Origin: a virus
Lineage: Duplodnaviria; Caudoviricetes
DNA length: 57,355 nt
Reading direction: 5' to 3' (one strand)
IMG/VR virus record: IMGVR_UViG_3300020411_002891
Span: 1-57,355 of that record
Under the pieces are notes generated by a model. The model had not been told where the DNA came from. It saw nothing but the letters and a program-made list of their open reading frames with translations, and did no database searches. Below, piece by piece: positions 38,846-48,115 of the stretch. The number at the start of each line of letters is the position of its first letter. Position 1 is the first letter of the stretch. The position numbers and the translations under genes were made by a program.

Positions 38846-40563
38846 TGAGAAGAAAGGCAGGGAAGGCGGTAAGTAAAGGGGTAGCTAAAGACGGATATAC
38901 GCCGGTACGTCTAGTAGATGGAATGGTTACTTCTGTCGATAGAATTAACTGGACGTGCAAGGTAAAGACTGACTTCCAGAGCAATCCTGTCGATGCTGAG
39001 ATTATGCCAGTGTATCTAGGCGGCGCAGGCAACGGACTGTTCTATCTTCCTGAAGTCGGTTCTCAAGTCTACGTCGCTTGGCCTAGCCATAAGAGTATGC
39101 CAGTAATTATTGGTGGCGCCGTCCTCTCTGACGAAAATAAAGACGGCGAAGAGGCTCTGGACGAAGACGGTAACGTCATAGAGGGTGGAGAGTCTAACGA
39201 CCCATCTTTTGCGGGCAATCGTCCCACCCTTAATGAGGGCGACATTATGATGTCGTCTGAGGGCGGAAACTTCTTAATCATGCGAGAGGGGGGAGTTATT
39301 GAAATTGGCTCATCCCAAGTAGCTCGCCGGTACTACATACCTATCTCAAACTTTATCCGTGACTTTTGTTCTACCTATGAGATGAACGCTGCGGGAGGCC
39401 AAATGGCCTGGTCCCGCAGAAGGGGTGCGGACACTTGGGGCACTACTACAAAAACAGACGAAGAAGGCGTTGAGACAGAAGTACTAAAGACTCCTGTTGA
39501 GTTCAGCCTGGACGTTAAGGAGTTTGCGGAAGAGCCGCCTATTATTAGCCTAAAGATGGGCCGTATAGAAGAGGAAGACGAAGAGAGGCTGATAGGAAAC
39601 TCGTCTGACGGTGAGATTGTCGTTTCTCTAAACGTAAATGACCACTTCAAGGCTTGGATTGATAAGAAGGGCAACCTTAGTCTCCACCAGGCTGGCACTA
39701 TCTCTCGCTCGTACGAGAAGGCTATTGTTGAGCACTACCAGGCATCTCAACTTGTTGAGGTAAAGGGGTTGCTCCGGTGGGCAGCCGGGCAGAGGCACGC
39801 AGAGATTACTAAAGACTCTTCAGACATTGTTCACGGCGATCGGATGTACGCAACAGACGGGGATCACGTAGACGTGTGTAAGGGGGGTAGATACGTAGAG
39901 ACACAAGGACCGTACCAGGAGAAGCACCTTAGCGTAGACAGCGACGTATCCGGCTCAGTTAACGAGGCCGTGGTAGGTCAGTACACTGCCAGCTATGGCT
40001 CTAGGGAAACCTCTGTGGCGGGAAACGATATGGAGATGGTCTCTGGTCAAAAGTCTATCTCTTGCGCTAACGCTATGCAGGACGGAACTGCTTTCAAAGT
40101 CACGTCCACTACTGGTGAAATACAGCTAAACGCTGCTTTGGGCGTAATTCGCTTGGCTTCGGGCGGCTTAGCCACGGGAGGGCTAGTTTCTTTTGTACCC
40201 ACCACGGTATGCGCAAGCGAGCTTGTGCTCGCGCCGTCGGGTACCGCTATAATGGAAACACGGATGCTGACTCCTACTGCGCCAGGTACTCCCCCTCCCT
40301 TTGGTAGAGTAGAGACGAACGCACTAGGGGCGGGCATCTACACCGCTATGGGTTCCGTTAAGGTGGACATGGCAGGCAACGTTGCTATGGGCGCCCCAGG
40401 TGGCCATGGGGCGGTCGTTACCACCCTGTCTCATCCAGTTTGCTATGTTACTGGCGCGCCGATTCTTGGAGTAACTACCGTAGGTGCAGCAGGCGTCCCC
40501 GGCCCGGCGTACGTACCCAATACAGAGATGCCGGACCTATCTGCTGGCACTCCGATAGTCTAA
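38845..40563 (+). CDS. Baseplate spike/hub protein (P2 gpV / T4 gp5 / VgrG-like)
   Basis: OB-fold motif GMVTSVD...GLFYLPEVGSQVYV...PVIIG, beta-helix-like repeats, C-terminal HPVC tip. Start reassigned to ATG 38845, overlapping the RNAP stop. Confidence 0.7.
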   Translation: MRRKAGKAVSKGVAKDGYTPVRLVDGMVTSVDRINWTCKVKTDFQSNPVDAEIMPVYLGGAGNGLFYLPEVGSQVYVAWPSHKSMPVIIGGAVLSDENKDGEEALDEDGNVIEGGESNDPSFAGNRPTLNEGDIMMSSEGGNFLIMREGGVIEIGSSQVARRYYIPISNFIRDFCSTYEMNAAGGQMAWSRRRGADTWGTTTKTDEEGVETEVLKTPVEFSLDVKEFAEEPPIISLKMGRIEEEDEERLIGNSSDGEIVVSLNVNDHFKAWIDKKGNLSLHQAGTISRSYEKAIVEHYQASQLVEVKGLLRWAAGQRHAEITKDSSDIVHGDRMYATDGDHVDVCKGGRYVETQGPYQEKHLSVDSDVSGSVNEAVVGQYTASYGSRETSVAGNDMEMVSGQKSISCANAMQDGTAFKVTSTTGEIQLNAALGVIRLASGGLATGGLVSFVPTTVCASELVLAPSGTAIMETRMLTPTAPGTPPPFGRVETNALGAGIYTAMGSVKVDMAGNVAMGAPGGHGAVVTTLSHPVCYVTGAPILGVTTVGAAGVPGPAYVPNTEMPDLSAGTPIV

Positions 40564-41243
40564 TGCCTCTTGTTGGTTCAGCTTTATCCGGCGCTGTTTT
40601 TGGGAAGTACGTAAGCACTATGCCAACAGCTACGGCTGCCGTACGTACCAACGTCTTAATGGGAGTGCCTACTCATTGCGTGCCTCAAGTCATGATTGAG
40701 TGTATCTGCAATGCATTCGCTGCGGCACTCCTTACAGTGACCGTAAAAGACATTGTGACTGGAACTGCGGGAGCAGGGACAGCTGCTCCCGTACCTTTTG
40801 TGTTCCCTCCCCCAGCTATAGCAGCCGCTCAAACGAAATTTATTGCCAACATGGCTTGGGCAGGACCTTCTGCTCCGATTCTAGCTACTGCCCTAATTAC
40901 TGACGTAGCAACCCAAGCAATGGCCATGGGTCAAGTTCAGATGGGTCCGCCTCCAGGAGTGGGGGTGGGGACTGGCGTTATAAGTCCGGCGTCAAACCCG
41001 CACCTTGCTATGGTTATGAGCGCCGCCGTTTCTGGTCAGCTAAATACATTCTTTACTGCGTCGAAGATGTTTAATCTAGGAGACGCTCCAGCAGGGCCGC
41101 TAACTCCGCAGATAGCTATGTTAATAATGAACTTATCAACGGCCTACGGATCTATCGTAGGGGCGGTTACCGGTAATGTGGCTTATGTAGGTTCGGCGTC
41201 GACTTCGGCGGCCGCTACTACAGGTACAGGTAAATTTATATAG
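40563..41243 (+). CDS. Hydrophobic Ala/Gly/Pro-rich protein following the spike gene
   Basis: TAATG coupling at 40561-40565; almost no charged residues. Confidence 0.55.
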   Translation: MPLVGSALSGAVFGKYVSTMPTATAAVRTNVLMGVPTHCVPQVMIECICNAFAAALLTVTVKDIVTGTAGAGTAAPVPFVFPPPAIAAAQTKFIANMAWAGPSAPILATALITDVATQAMAMGQVQMGPPPGVGVGTGVISPASNPHLAMVMSAAVSGQLNTFFTASKMFNLGDAPAGPLTPQIAMLIMNLSTAYGSIVGAVTGNVAYVGSASTSAAATTGTGKFI

Positions 41244-41252
41244 GGAGAAGCT

Positions 41253-41498
41253 ATGTCAGGTAAGTGGGAAAAAGGCGGAGTAGATGCGACGGCACTAGTT
41301 GATCTTATGCAGCAACTTAAGGATCTGCATGCAGTAGTTTCTGCGCAGCGTGATCAAGAGATAGATAAGGCAGTGGGGCTAGGAGAAAACATAGAAGTCC
41401 TGGTCGACTATAATCAAGTCAGTAGAGAGGCTGCGGAGAAGGTTAGGGCAGCGGCAGAACAACTAAAGAAGGCAAAGGCTAACTTTAAGAATGGCTGA
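41253..41498 (+). CDS. Small coiled-coil hypothetical protein
   Basis: GGAG SD; operon-like spacing. Confidence 0.6.
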   Translation: MSGKWEKGGVDATALVDLMQQLKDLHAVVSAQRDQEIDKAVGLGENIEVLVDYNQVSREAAEKVRAAAEQLKKAKANFKNG

Positions 41499-42936
41499 AT
41501 GGACAAAAATAGAGGCCAATACCGACCAGCTTACGGAGGTTATCCGTGACGTTGGTGACGTAGTAGGTCAAATTGCCGGTATTCTCGAAGCGGTAGCCAT
41601 TCTATTAGAGGCCATAGCAGAACTTTTAATTATACCGACAGATCTGCTGAAAGCTCTACTCAATCAGATCCTCAGAATGCTTGAGGATATTGTCCTTACA
41701 TTTCTCCAGAACAACATAGCGTTCTGTTTTCACTCAAATATAAACTTTGATTTTGAGTGGAGCTGGAAGCCTAAAGGTATACCAGACGGGGAGTTGGATG
41801 CAGGAGGGGCTTCGATTAGCGGGGCGACCGTCCACTCTGACTACAACCCAAACTATACTGTTGACGGTGATCTACCTTGGAAGGGCACCGGCCTAGCCGG
41901 TTGGTTGTGGGAGATAGCGGCATCAGGCCAAGACAAGACAGATCCGTGGCGCCCTCAGACAGATGCGGACTCTAAGACCGGGGCCTTGATAGGAATAAAA
42001 GCGCTGCCTGGGTTTGACGGCCTAGAGGGGCTACTCCCCCTGTTCAATAATATTTTCTTCGATTGGAAAGTAGATAAAGACAAGGAGTACACCAAGGAGT
42101 ATTGGGAAGACATAGCAGATAGCTGGCGCATGAAGCCTATGAAACGCCTCGGGTCTGCTATGGCGGCATCGATCATGGGCGATATGGCAGACGGAGAAGG
42201 GGAAATCCGGGTTACCATGGATGGGGTAAAGAAGTACCTATTCAACCAAATGGGTCCTGCTAGCCCGTTCGGAGGGCCTGACGAAGGAGATAAGCTACAG
42301 TACTTTATGGGCTCTATGCCTGTATGGCGTAGCGTACCTCTAGCTGAGATATTGGGGCCGCCAGTAAAGGCATTCTTTGAGGCTTTACGAGAGATAATAG
42401 AACAGCTCAAGTTTCCCTCAGATGATTACCTAAAAAGACTTGTTCTACTGATAGCTCGAAAAGTACAGCAGCTTAGCGAGCTGCTGAAGAAGATCGAAGA
42501 GGTAATCATGGACCTCGCGGATCTTATTGACTTGATTACTGACCTTGATTGGATCTACTTGCCCATAGAGGCAGGCGGTATGCAGGGCTTGGTAACTAGA
42601 GCGGTTGGTGCCGAAGGATTTATGGAACTAACGCAAGGTGAGTCAAAAGTAGCTACAAGTGATGGTAGAGTAGTGTTACTATCAGAAGCCACTGAGTCTG
42701 ATTTAGCTGGCGGAGAGATTCGTCAAACAGGCGGTATAGGAGAGACGGGCATCGTTTTCGGGTTCGTCGCGCTTTGGAATACAGAGGATATGGGTAAGAA
42801 AGTAGAACAGTTGATGGCGCTAGTTACCGGAGATATTGCAGGTCTGTTAAAGAGTCAGTACGAAGGCAAGATTAAAGCTATTGATGAGGCCGCTACTGGC
42901 GTCAGAAAGGCGTCGAACCCATCAGAAGATGTATGA
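41491..42936 (+). CDS. Hypothetical acidic protein with long amphipathic helices (likely virion/baseplate)
   Basis: Two Leu/Ile-rich helical blocks; located in the structural operon. Confidence 0.5.
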   Translation: MAEWTKIEANTDQLTEVIRDVGDVVGQIAGILEAVAILLEAIAELLIIPTDLLKALLNQILRMLEDIVLTFLQNNIAFCFHSNINFDFEWSWKPKGIPDGELDAGGASISGATVHSDYNPNYTVDGDLPWKGTGLAGWLWEIAASGQDKTDPWRPQTDADSKTGALIGIKALPGFDGLEGLLPLFNNIFFDWKVDKDKEYTKEYWEDIADSWRMKPMKRLGSAMAASIMGDMADGEGEIRVTMDGVKKYLFNQMGPASPFGGPDEGDKLQYFMGSMPVWRSVPLAEILGPPVKAFFEALREIIEQLKFPSDDYLKRLVLLIARKVQQLSELLKKIEEVIMDLADLIDLITDLDWIYLPIEAGGMQGLVTRAVGAEGFMELTQGESKVATSDGRVVLLSEATESDLAGGEIRQTGGIGETGIVFGFVALWNTEDMGKKVEQLMALVTGDIAGLLKSQYEGKIKAIDEAATGVRKASNPSEDV

Positions 42937-42943
42937 GGTATAC

Positions 42944-44896
42944 ATGTCCACTAAACCACTTATTTATTCCCCAGAAGTAACTTTCGAGAAGGTTGCTTCT
43001 ACTGCACGATTAGAGTCGGACGCCAATGAGTGGCCTTCTGAGATCCTTAAAGTGGCTTACAAAACACTTCCGTATCTTAGGGCTTACGAGGTAGATGTTG
43101 ATCTAGATAAGATTGACGAAGCTAGAGGGTACGGCATCGGGAAGCTGTTGATCTACCCAGCTCGTATGACTAAGCAGGCAGCTGCGCAGCAAGAGCGGCT
43201 GATCTCCTTTCCTGTAATAGTAAAGGATCGGGAGATGTCTCCTCTTGATGTTTACTCACACAAAAACACGATGCATCCAGAGTCAGAGGAGGCTGTAGAG
43301 AGCCTTCTTTTCCGCCCCGACTTGTTTGAGAGCAACGCAAAGCCAAATACATTTGGTGGCCACGACTTAGGCGGCCAGATCAATCCGCCTACAATGAACC
43401 TCCGACCAAATACAGGTATTCAGAAGCTTTCTTCTGTAAACTTATGGAAGGCGGCTCTCCCAACATTTCGTGATGCGGACGTAGACTCTTTTAAGAAGTC
43501 TGTGAGCAACAGCATGGGAGTAAAGATTGCTTTTGCTACTAGCGAGGTACTTAAAGCCATCGTTGAAGATCTTGCAGACCACAAAGAGGTTACTGCATCG
43601 GATCTTGCTAGTAGTAGGGTAGAGTCAACTCCTCCCTCGACTGTTCAGTTTGTTGCTGATGGTATGGGGTATCGAGTAAAGACGGCAAGCCATCGATGCT
43701 ATGCGCCTACCGAGAAAACCATAGATAGATTTGAGGCGGAGGATGTCCTGTCTAAAGAGGCTATGGACCGACTCAAGAAAGACGGCATTCTTACCCTTAC
43801 TGTGGATCCCATCGAAGAGTCCTTTACTGTTAAAACTGCGCAAGAGGCCAACCGCTTCGGTATTTACTCTACTCGAGTAGGAAGTAAGGACGTTGAAGGC
43901 GTTGTCGTCCCTCGGATGATTTCCCTAGAAGGCAAGGAGCTTGACCTTCAGGTATTTGCTGGGGAAGGTGAGCACGCCGTCCAGGAGAAGATCGCTGGAG
44001 TGTTTAAGAACGATGTGATCGTCCCTGACGCAGCCCCCCGAGGCTCTGGTATCTTTGTGTATCAGTCTGGTCCTATGGCAGTGGCTACGGAGCCCGTAGA
44101 GATTACCAATCGCTTTTCCATCAACTACGGTACCGAGAAGGTAGCGCAGTACAGTGGTAAGACGTCTGTTTATGGAGAGCCTGTCCAGATCACTGTGGTA
44201 CCCGGTCTTCAGAAGATCGCCTCTACAGGTCCGGGGCAATATGCAATTCCGGATACGTTCCGATTTGTTCCCCTAAACGGTAAGCAAGTAACTGTAGCTG
44301 CCACGACGGATAGTGTTGATCTATTTGAGAAGCAGAAGGTTGCCGGAAGAAACTCTGTTGAGGTTATCTCCGATGGCTCTTTCTATTCGCTACGCGGCGC
44401 TAACTCTGAGAGTGCCTTTGGTGGTGAAGTACTAAACAAGGCAGAAGCGGAGTTTGCCCTTAGCGCCATGGGTGTTGCAGGTAACCAGGTCCGTGGGTTG
44501 CTGAAGAAAGCATCTGCAAATGGTAGTGTCCGAATCCCGCACACCCGGCAGGTAGTGTTGGAAGCCACTGCTAAATCAGCCCTACTTAAAGAAGCATCTG
44601 ACAATGCAGTAGACGTTACTCCTTACCGAGTAGATTTAGTTAAAGAGGCGTCTGTTATTGTGGATAAAGAGACTGCTGATGCAATTCTATCTCTTGGGTT
44701 CGTTACCCCTGAGAACGTATCTCTTTACGTAGACTATCTCCCAGAGCTTGAGAAGGTATCTTCTAAGCTGGCAGAGATTCTTGTAGCGAGCCGTTTGGGT
44801 ATGGACGACGTAAGGGAGTCCGCCGCTAAGAACGCTATGACCCAATTAACCTCAGTCGTTCAAGGTCTTGGGCAACTGAAAGCTAAAACACAGTAG
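42944..44896 (+). CDS. Probable head core/inner-body protein with many K-x-A motifs
   Basis: Start reassigned to ATG 42944 (GAGG SD). Contains EKVAS, KQAA, KTAS, KTAQ, EKIA, EKVA, KIAS, KVAG, KKAS and KEAS twice. Confidence 0.55.
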   Translation: MSTKPLIYSPEVTFEKVASTARLESDANEWPSEILKVAYKTLPYLRAYEVDVDLDKIDEARGYGIGKLLIYPARMTKQAAAQQERLISFPVIVKDREMSPLDVYSHKNTMHPESEEAVESLLFRPDLFESNAKPNTFGGHDLGGQINPPTMNLRPNTGIQKLSSVNLWKAALPTFRDADVDSFKKSVSNSMGVKIAFATSEVLKAIVEDLADHKEVTASDLASSRVESTPPSTVQFVADGMGYRVKTASHRCYAPTEKTIDRFEAEDVLSKEAMDRLKKDGILTLTVDPIEESFTVKTAQEANRFGIYSTRVGSKDVEGVVVPRMISLEGKELDLQVFAGEGEHAVQEKIAGVFKNDVIVPDAAPRGSGIFVYQSGPMAVATEPVEITNRFSINYGTEKVAQYSGKTSVYGEPVQITVVPGLQKIASTGPGQYAIPDTFRFVPLNGKQVTVAATTDSVDLFEKQKVAGRNSVEVISDGSFYSLRGANSESAFGGEVLNKAEAEFALSAMGVAGNQVRGLLKKASANGSVRIPHTRQVVLEATAKSALLKEASDNAVDVTPYRVDLVKEASVIVDKETADAILSLGFVTPENVSLYVDYLPELEKVSSKLAEILVASRLGMDDVRESAAKNAMTQLTSVVQGLGQLKAKTQ

Positions 44897-44903
44897 GTGA
44901 CTC

Positions 44904-45293
44904 ATGATTTATTCAGATGACAACATTCATACAGCACTTGAAAAGTTGGCTGCGTCAGGTCTTGATAAGACAGCAGTTAGTGCGGACTTCGTGAGGGCTG
45001 CGATAAAGAAACGTCTGGAAGGCGTCCAAAAGGGTAAGCTCAGAGGAATGTTCGTAGGGCATAAGCCTGCAGCCGAAGCGACGTCAGCTCAATTAAGCCG
45101 TATTAGATACAATACTAAGGCACGAAAAGCTGCAACCCAGTCGGCTGCAAATAACCCTGACTTAATTTCTAGGCCCGGGGGCATGAAAAAGCTGAAGGCA
45201 TATAACAAAGCCAAGAATGTCGACACTGCCGTTGATGACGGCCAGAACCGCGCTAAGGTACTACAGCACACTAAACGCCTGTGGAAGTATTAG
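44904..45293 (+). CDS. Small basic protein with EKLA/DKTA leader (putative internal head protein)
   Basis: ALEKLAASGLDKTA followed by a Lys/Arg/Ala-rich body. Confidence 0.55.
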   Translation: MIYSDDNIHTALEKLAASGLDKTAVSADFVRAAIKKRLEGVQKGKLRGMFVGHKPAAEATSAQLSRIRYNTKARKAATQSAANNPDLISRPGGMKKLKAYNKAKNVDTAVDDGQNRAKVLQHTKRLWKY

Positions 45294-45295
45294 TA

Positions 45296-45535
45296 GTGGA
45301 TCTCACCCCTACTAGCGTAGCGTCCTATTGGGATGAGCTTGAAAAGATCGCTAAGAAGTACAGCGTTCGCGGTGCTTCTGGCGGCCGTGCTCACAAGGGT
45401 GCGGCAGACGGCGTAAAGCTAGTTCTTGGAAAAAATGTTTCCATGAGCAAGCTAAAGCAGTATAAAAAGTCATCTCCTCTTCATGTAGGGGGAGATGAGG
45501 ACTGGGCAAACGTCCCTGCCACCTCAGTTCCGTAG
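45296..45535 (+). CDS. Small basic protein with WDELEKIA leader
   Basis: GTG 45296 just after the previous stop; YWDELEKIA then a basic body. Confidence 0.55.
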   Translation: MDLTPTSVASYWDELEKIAKKYSVRGASGGRAHKGAADGVKLVLGKNVSMSKLKQYKKSSPLHVGGDEDWANVPATSVP

Positions 45536-45542
45536 CAGTCTT

Positions 45543-45572
45543 TTGCTATTGTATTAAGTGCGGATCTATTAT
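45543..45572 (+). promoter_or_regulatory. Possible sigma70-like promoter
   Basis: TTGCTA-N18-TATTAT in the AT-rich gap before ATG 45584. Confidence 0.4.
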
Positions 45573-45583
45573 TATGGGTAGTA

Positions 45584-46468
45584 ATGGAATATCCACATCG
45601 CCGGTACCTGCTTTATCTGCTCTCAAAGAAGCTAACTTCTTTCGAGATAATGGCGGACTGTACCGACAGATGTTTACTGCCGCCTAGCGAAGAAGATATA
45701 CAGGCACTTGCATCAGATCTGGGGCCTCCGCCTAAGCACTGGAAAGCAAACATAGAAAAGTCTGGTACGACTTTTTATCGATGGCTTCGGGATCACAGAC
45801 TGCTAGATGCTTGGCGCAACACCGAACTGTTCGTTGAGGCTCGAGACTTTTTGCTTAAAGCAAATATCCGAAAGGATTTCGAGGCCCTCGTTTTAATGAA
45901 GGGTGATGTAGAGGAGGCTCGCAACGAGCTTCTACTCAACTACACAGATCGTTTGGTGCCTTCGCTCCGAGTACTTTCTAAGTATTGCGAATACTTTTGG
46001 AATCTTGGCGACATGTCTCAGGACGGGGTCTTTAACTTTCTACGCTCTAACCAAGAGCGCGAAGAGCTCCTTCCTGCGGTACGTGGTGATCTAGCCCAAA
46101 CATACGGACGACTAGGCTTACGTCAGCGTATTGAGGCAGAGCTGTTCTACGACAACTTAATCGCCTTAGCTAACCAGCAAGTTGAGCACGCACGTAGGTC
46201 TGGTCCGCAGAACCTTAATGGCAGTGCTTTAATGGGTATTGCTGCCCTTACTCGTCAGGCTATGGATGCAGTTGCCTCTCGTGATGAAATGCACAAAGCC
46301 GAGGTTGGCGGCGTCCTTGAATCCGTTAAGGAAGAGGCGATGGCATTTAGGATGCGGATAATCGAAGATTCCGAAATACCATCATTAGATGAAATTAAGC
46401 AGAAGGAAGTAATAGATGCAGAATTTACAGAAGCAGGAAATCTCAGGCAATTCCCTGGAGCCAAGTAG
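45584..46468 (+). CDS. Hypothetical helical protein (terminase small subunit is one possibility)
   Basis: 294 aa, about 1.6 kb upstream of terL; no diagnostic motif. Confidence 0.45.
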   Translation: MEYPHRRYLLYLLSKKLTSFEIMADCTDRCLLPPSEEDIQALASDLGPPPKHWKANIEKSGTTFYRWLRDHRLLDAWRNTELFVEARDFLLKANIRKDFEALVLMKGDVEEARNELLLNYTDRLVPSLRVLSKYCEYFWNLGDMSQDGVFNFLRSNQEREELLPAVRGDLAQTYGRLGLRQRIEAELFYDNLIALANQQVEHARRSGPQNLNGSALMGIAALTRQAMDAVASRDEMHKAEVGGVLESVKEEAMAFRMRIIEDSEIPSLDEIKQKEVIDAEFTEAGNLRQFPGAK

Positions 46469-46469
46469 C

Positions 46470-46862
46470 ATGGATATGCCAATCCCAACCCCAATCGAAT
46501 TCGAAACAAAGAGTTTTAAGTTCTTTGATGTAGAGTTCACTGAGCGCGGTAATGACGTGGTGTACCACTTCTGGCCCGTTCGGGGAGAGTCGGACTTCCC
46601 ACCTAAGTTTGGAGAGACTCTAGAGAAGGCATTTCTTAGTGTTTTGCCAGAGAGTGCTGACGTACGTGCTGAGTATATGGATAAGTTTGAGGCTGAGATG
46701 TTGATGCGTTTTGACGACGACGCAACCCAAGAATCCGAGCCCGTACCTACCTACTATATCCGTGTAGTGGGCTGGGCAGACAACCCAATGTGTGACATCA
46801 TCTTAAAGAACAGAGTCCTCAATAACTTAGAGGCTTTTGTTGCTGAGGAACTAAAACAATGA
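46470..46862 (+). CDS. Hypothetical acidic protein
   Basis: Start reassigned to ATG 46470 after the upstream stop, with GGAG upstream. Confidence 0.55.
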   Translation: MDMPIPTPIEFETKSFKFFDVEFTERGNDVVYHFWPVRGESDFPPKFGETLEKAFLSVLPESADVRAEYMDKFEAEMLMRFDDDATQESEPVPTYYIRVVGWADNPMCDIILKNRVLNNLEAFVAEELKQ

Positions 46863-47245
46863 TCATGAGTAAGAAGTTTACTACCGCGAATGCCCTCGCT
46901 AAGTTTTTGCGGGGCTCCGTAGTATCTAGCGGCACAACAACGACGCTCTCTGGAACCGATTTTAAGGACACTGCCGCGGACTTTAATACCGACGGCATTG
47001 CCGTAGGGGATGCTGTATATATTTCCGGCGAGAAGACAGCGCTCACCATTGAGTCTATCTCAGGTACGCCAGCCACCGCAAAAATAGGGTTTACTCTATC
47101 TGCCGATGCTTCTGGCAGTGCTGGGGCTAACTACAGAATCTGTACCGATCAGATCGCCGCTTCTGATGTCCTTAGCATCTCTTTTGATAGCGCCAGCTCC
47201 ACCTGGTCGCTTATCTGGGATGGAATACCCGGCGCTAGCTTCTAG
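46859..47245 (+). CDS. Small virion structural protein sharing a beta module with the 1855-aa baseplate protein
   Basis: FKDTAADFNTDGIAVGDAVYISG resembles LTDSSKNFDDLGVIPGDLIYYDG in ORF 556-6123. Confidence 0.5.
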   Translation: MIMSKKFTTANALAKFLRGSVVSSGTTTTLSGTDFKDTAADFNTDGIAVGDAVYISGEKTALTIESISGTPATAKIGFTLSADASGSAGANYRICTDQIAASDVLSISFDSASSTWSLIWDGIPGASF

Positions 47246-47254
47246 GATATTAAT

Positions 47255-47737
47255 ATGCACCCGCTATTTATTGCGTTTAATGACGAGCTTGAGAAGATTG
47301 CTGGAGTCCCTAGACGATTAAGGGTGCTGGATAAGTTGCCTTTTGCGGAGCGCATGAAACGTAGAGTTTTTACCTACGGATCTGACATGATGGGAGCGCA
47401 CAACGTAGGTAAAGAAAGTTTTAGAACCGCAGTACGTCACTCTAAAGACCCTACTATGCGCAAGTATATGACGGAGCCTTTAGAACAGCGTAAGAAAGAT
47501 ATAATCGAACTAGGTAGGAAGCGTAAGGCCCGCGCTCGTAGAGCAGCTGAGCTTCGTCAGGCTACGGCTACTGCATACAAGCCAGGAACTCCGATGAGTC
47601 AGACAGGTAGGCGGTCGGAAGCGCTTAACGTTGAGGTCGCGCCTAAAGGACTTAAACGACGGATTCAGGACGGAGGTAAGACGCGTAGCCCTACGTTCAA
47701 GGACTACGTAAAGTCTACTAAGGGTATTGGTGGATAG
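47255..47737 (+). CDS. Basic protein with FNDELEKIA leader (putative internal head protein)
   Basis: MHPLFIAFNDELEKIA followed by an Arg/Lys-rich body. Confidence 0.6.
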   Translation: MHPLFIAFNDELEKIAGVPRRLRVLDKLPFAERMKRRVFTYGSDMMGAHNVGKESFRTAVRHSKDPTMRKYMTEPLEQRKKDIIELGRKRKARARRAAELRQATATAYKPGTPMSQTGRRSEALNVEVAPKGLKRRIQDGGKTRSPTFKDYVKSTKGIGG

Positions 47738-48115
47738 CTAAGCAGGATCTGGTCGGTTTCCCTTCCAGTTCTTCTGCTGTCTCTTTAGTTGCTCCAACTC
47801 TGGTTCTGGTTTCTTGGGCCACCAAGTTATGTTTATAGAAGCTCTAACGGGAACTTCTTTTTCATCCGTGTAGTACGAGGTGCCGGCAGGTAGCATCTCA
47901 AACTTGGCCTCTACTCCTACGTTTTCTACTTGCATTTTAAGCCAGTCTATAGAGAATCTACGTAAGGCAAGATCTGTCTTATCTCCCGGGTTAACGTCTT
48001 GTACGGGGATTCTAGCTATCTGAAGATCCCCCTCTTGAGTATGCTGTACGTAGGGCAACACTCTTTCTCCACTGATCTTGGATAGAGTGTCTAGTAGAGG
48101 TTGGAGATCAAGCAT
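47738..48115 (-). CDS. Hypothetical protein, divergent from terL
   Basis: Exactly fills the gap between the 47737 stop and terL. ATG at 48115 with AAGGGG upstream. Confidence 0.55.
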   Translation of the reverse strand: MLDLQPLLDTLSKISGERVLPYVQHTQEGDLQIARIPVQDVNPGDKTDLALRRFSIDWLKMQVENVGVEAKFEMLPAGTSYYTDEKEVPVRASINITWWPKKPEPELEQLKRQQKNWKGNRPDPA

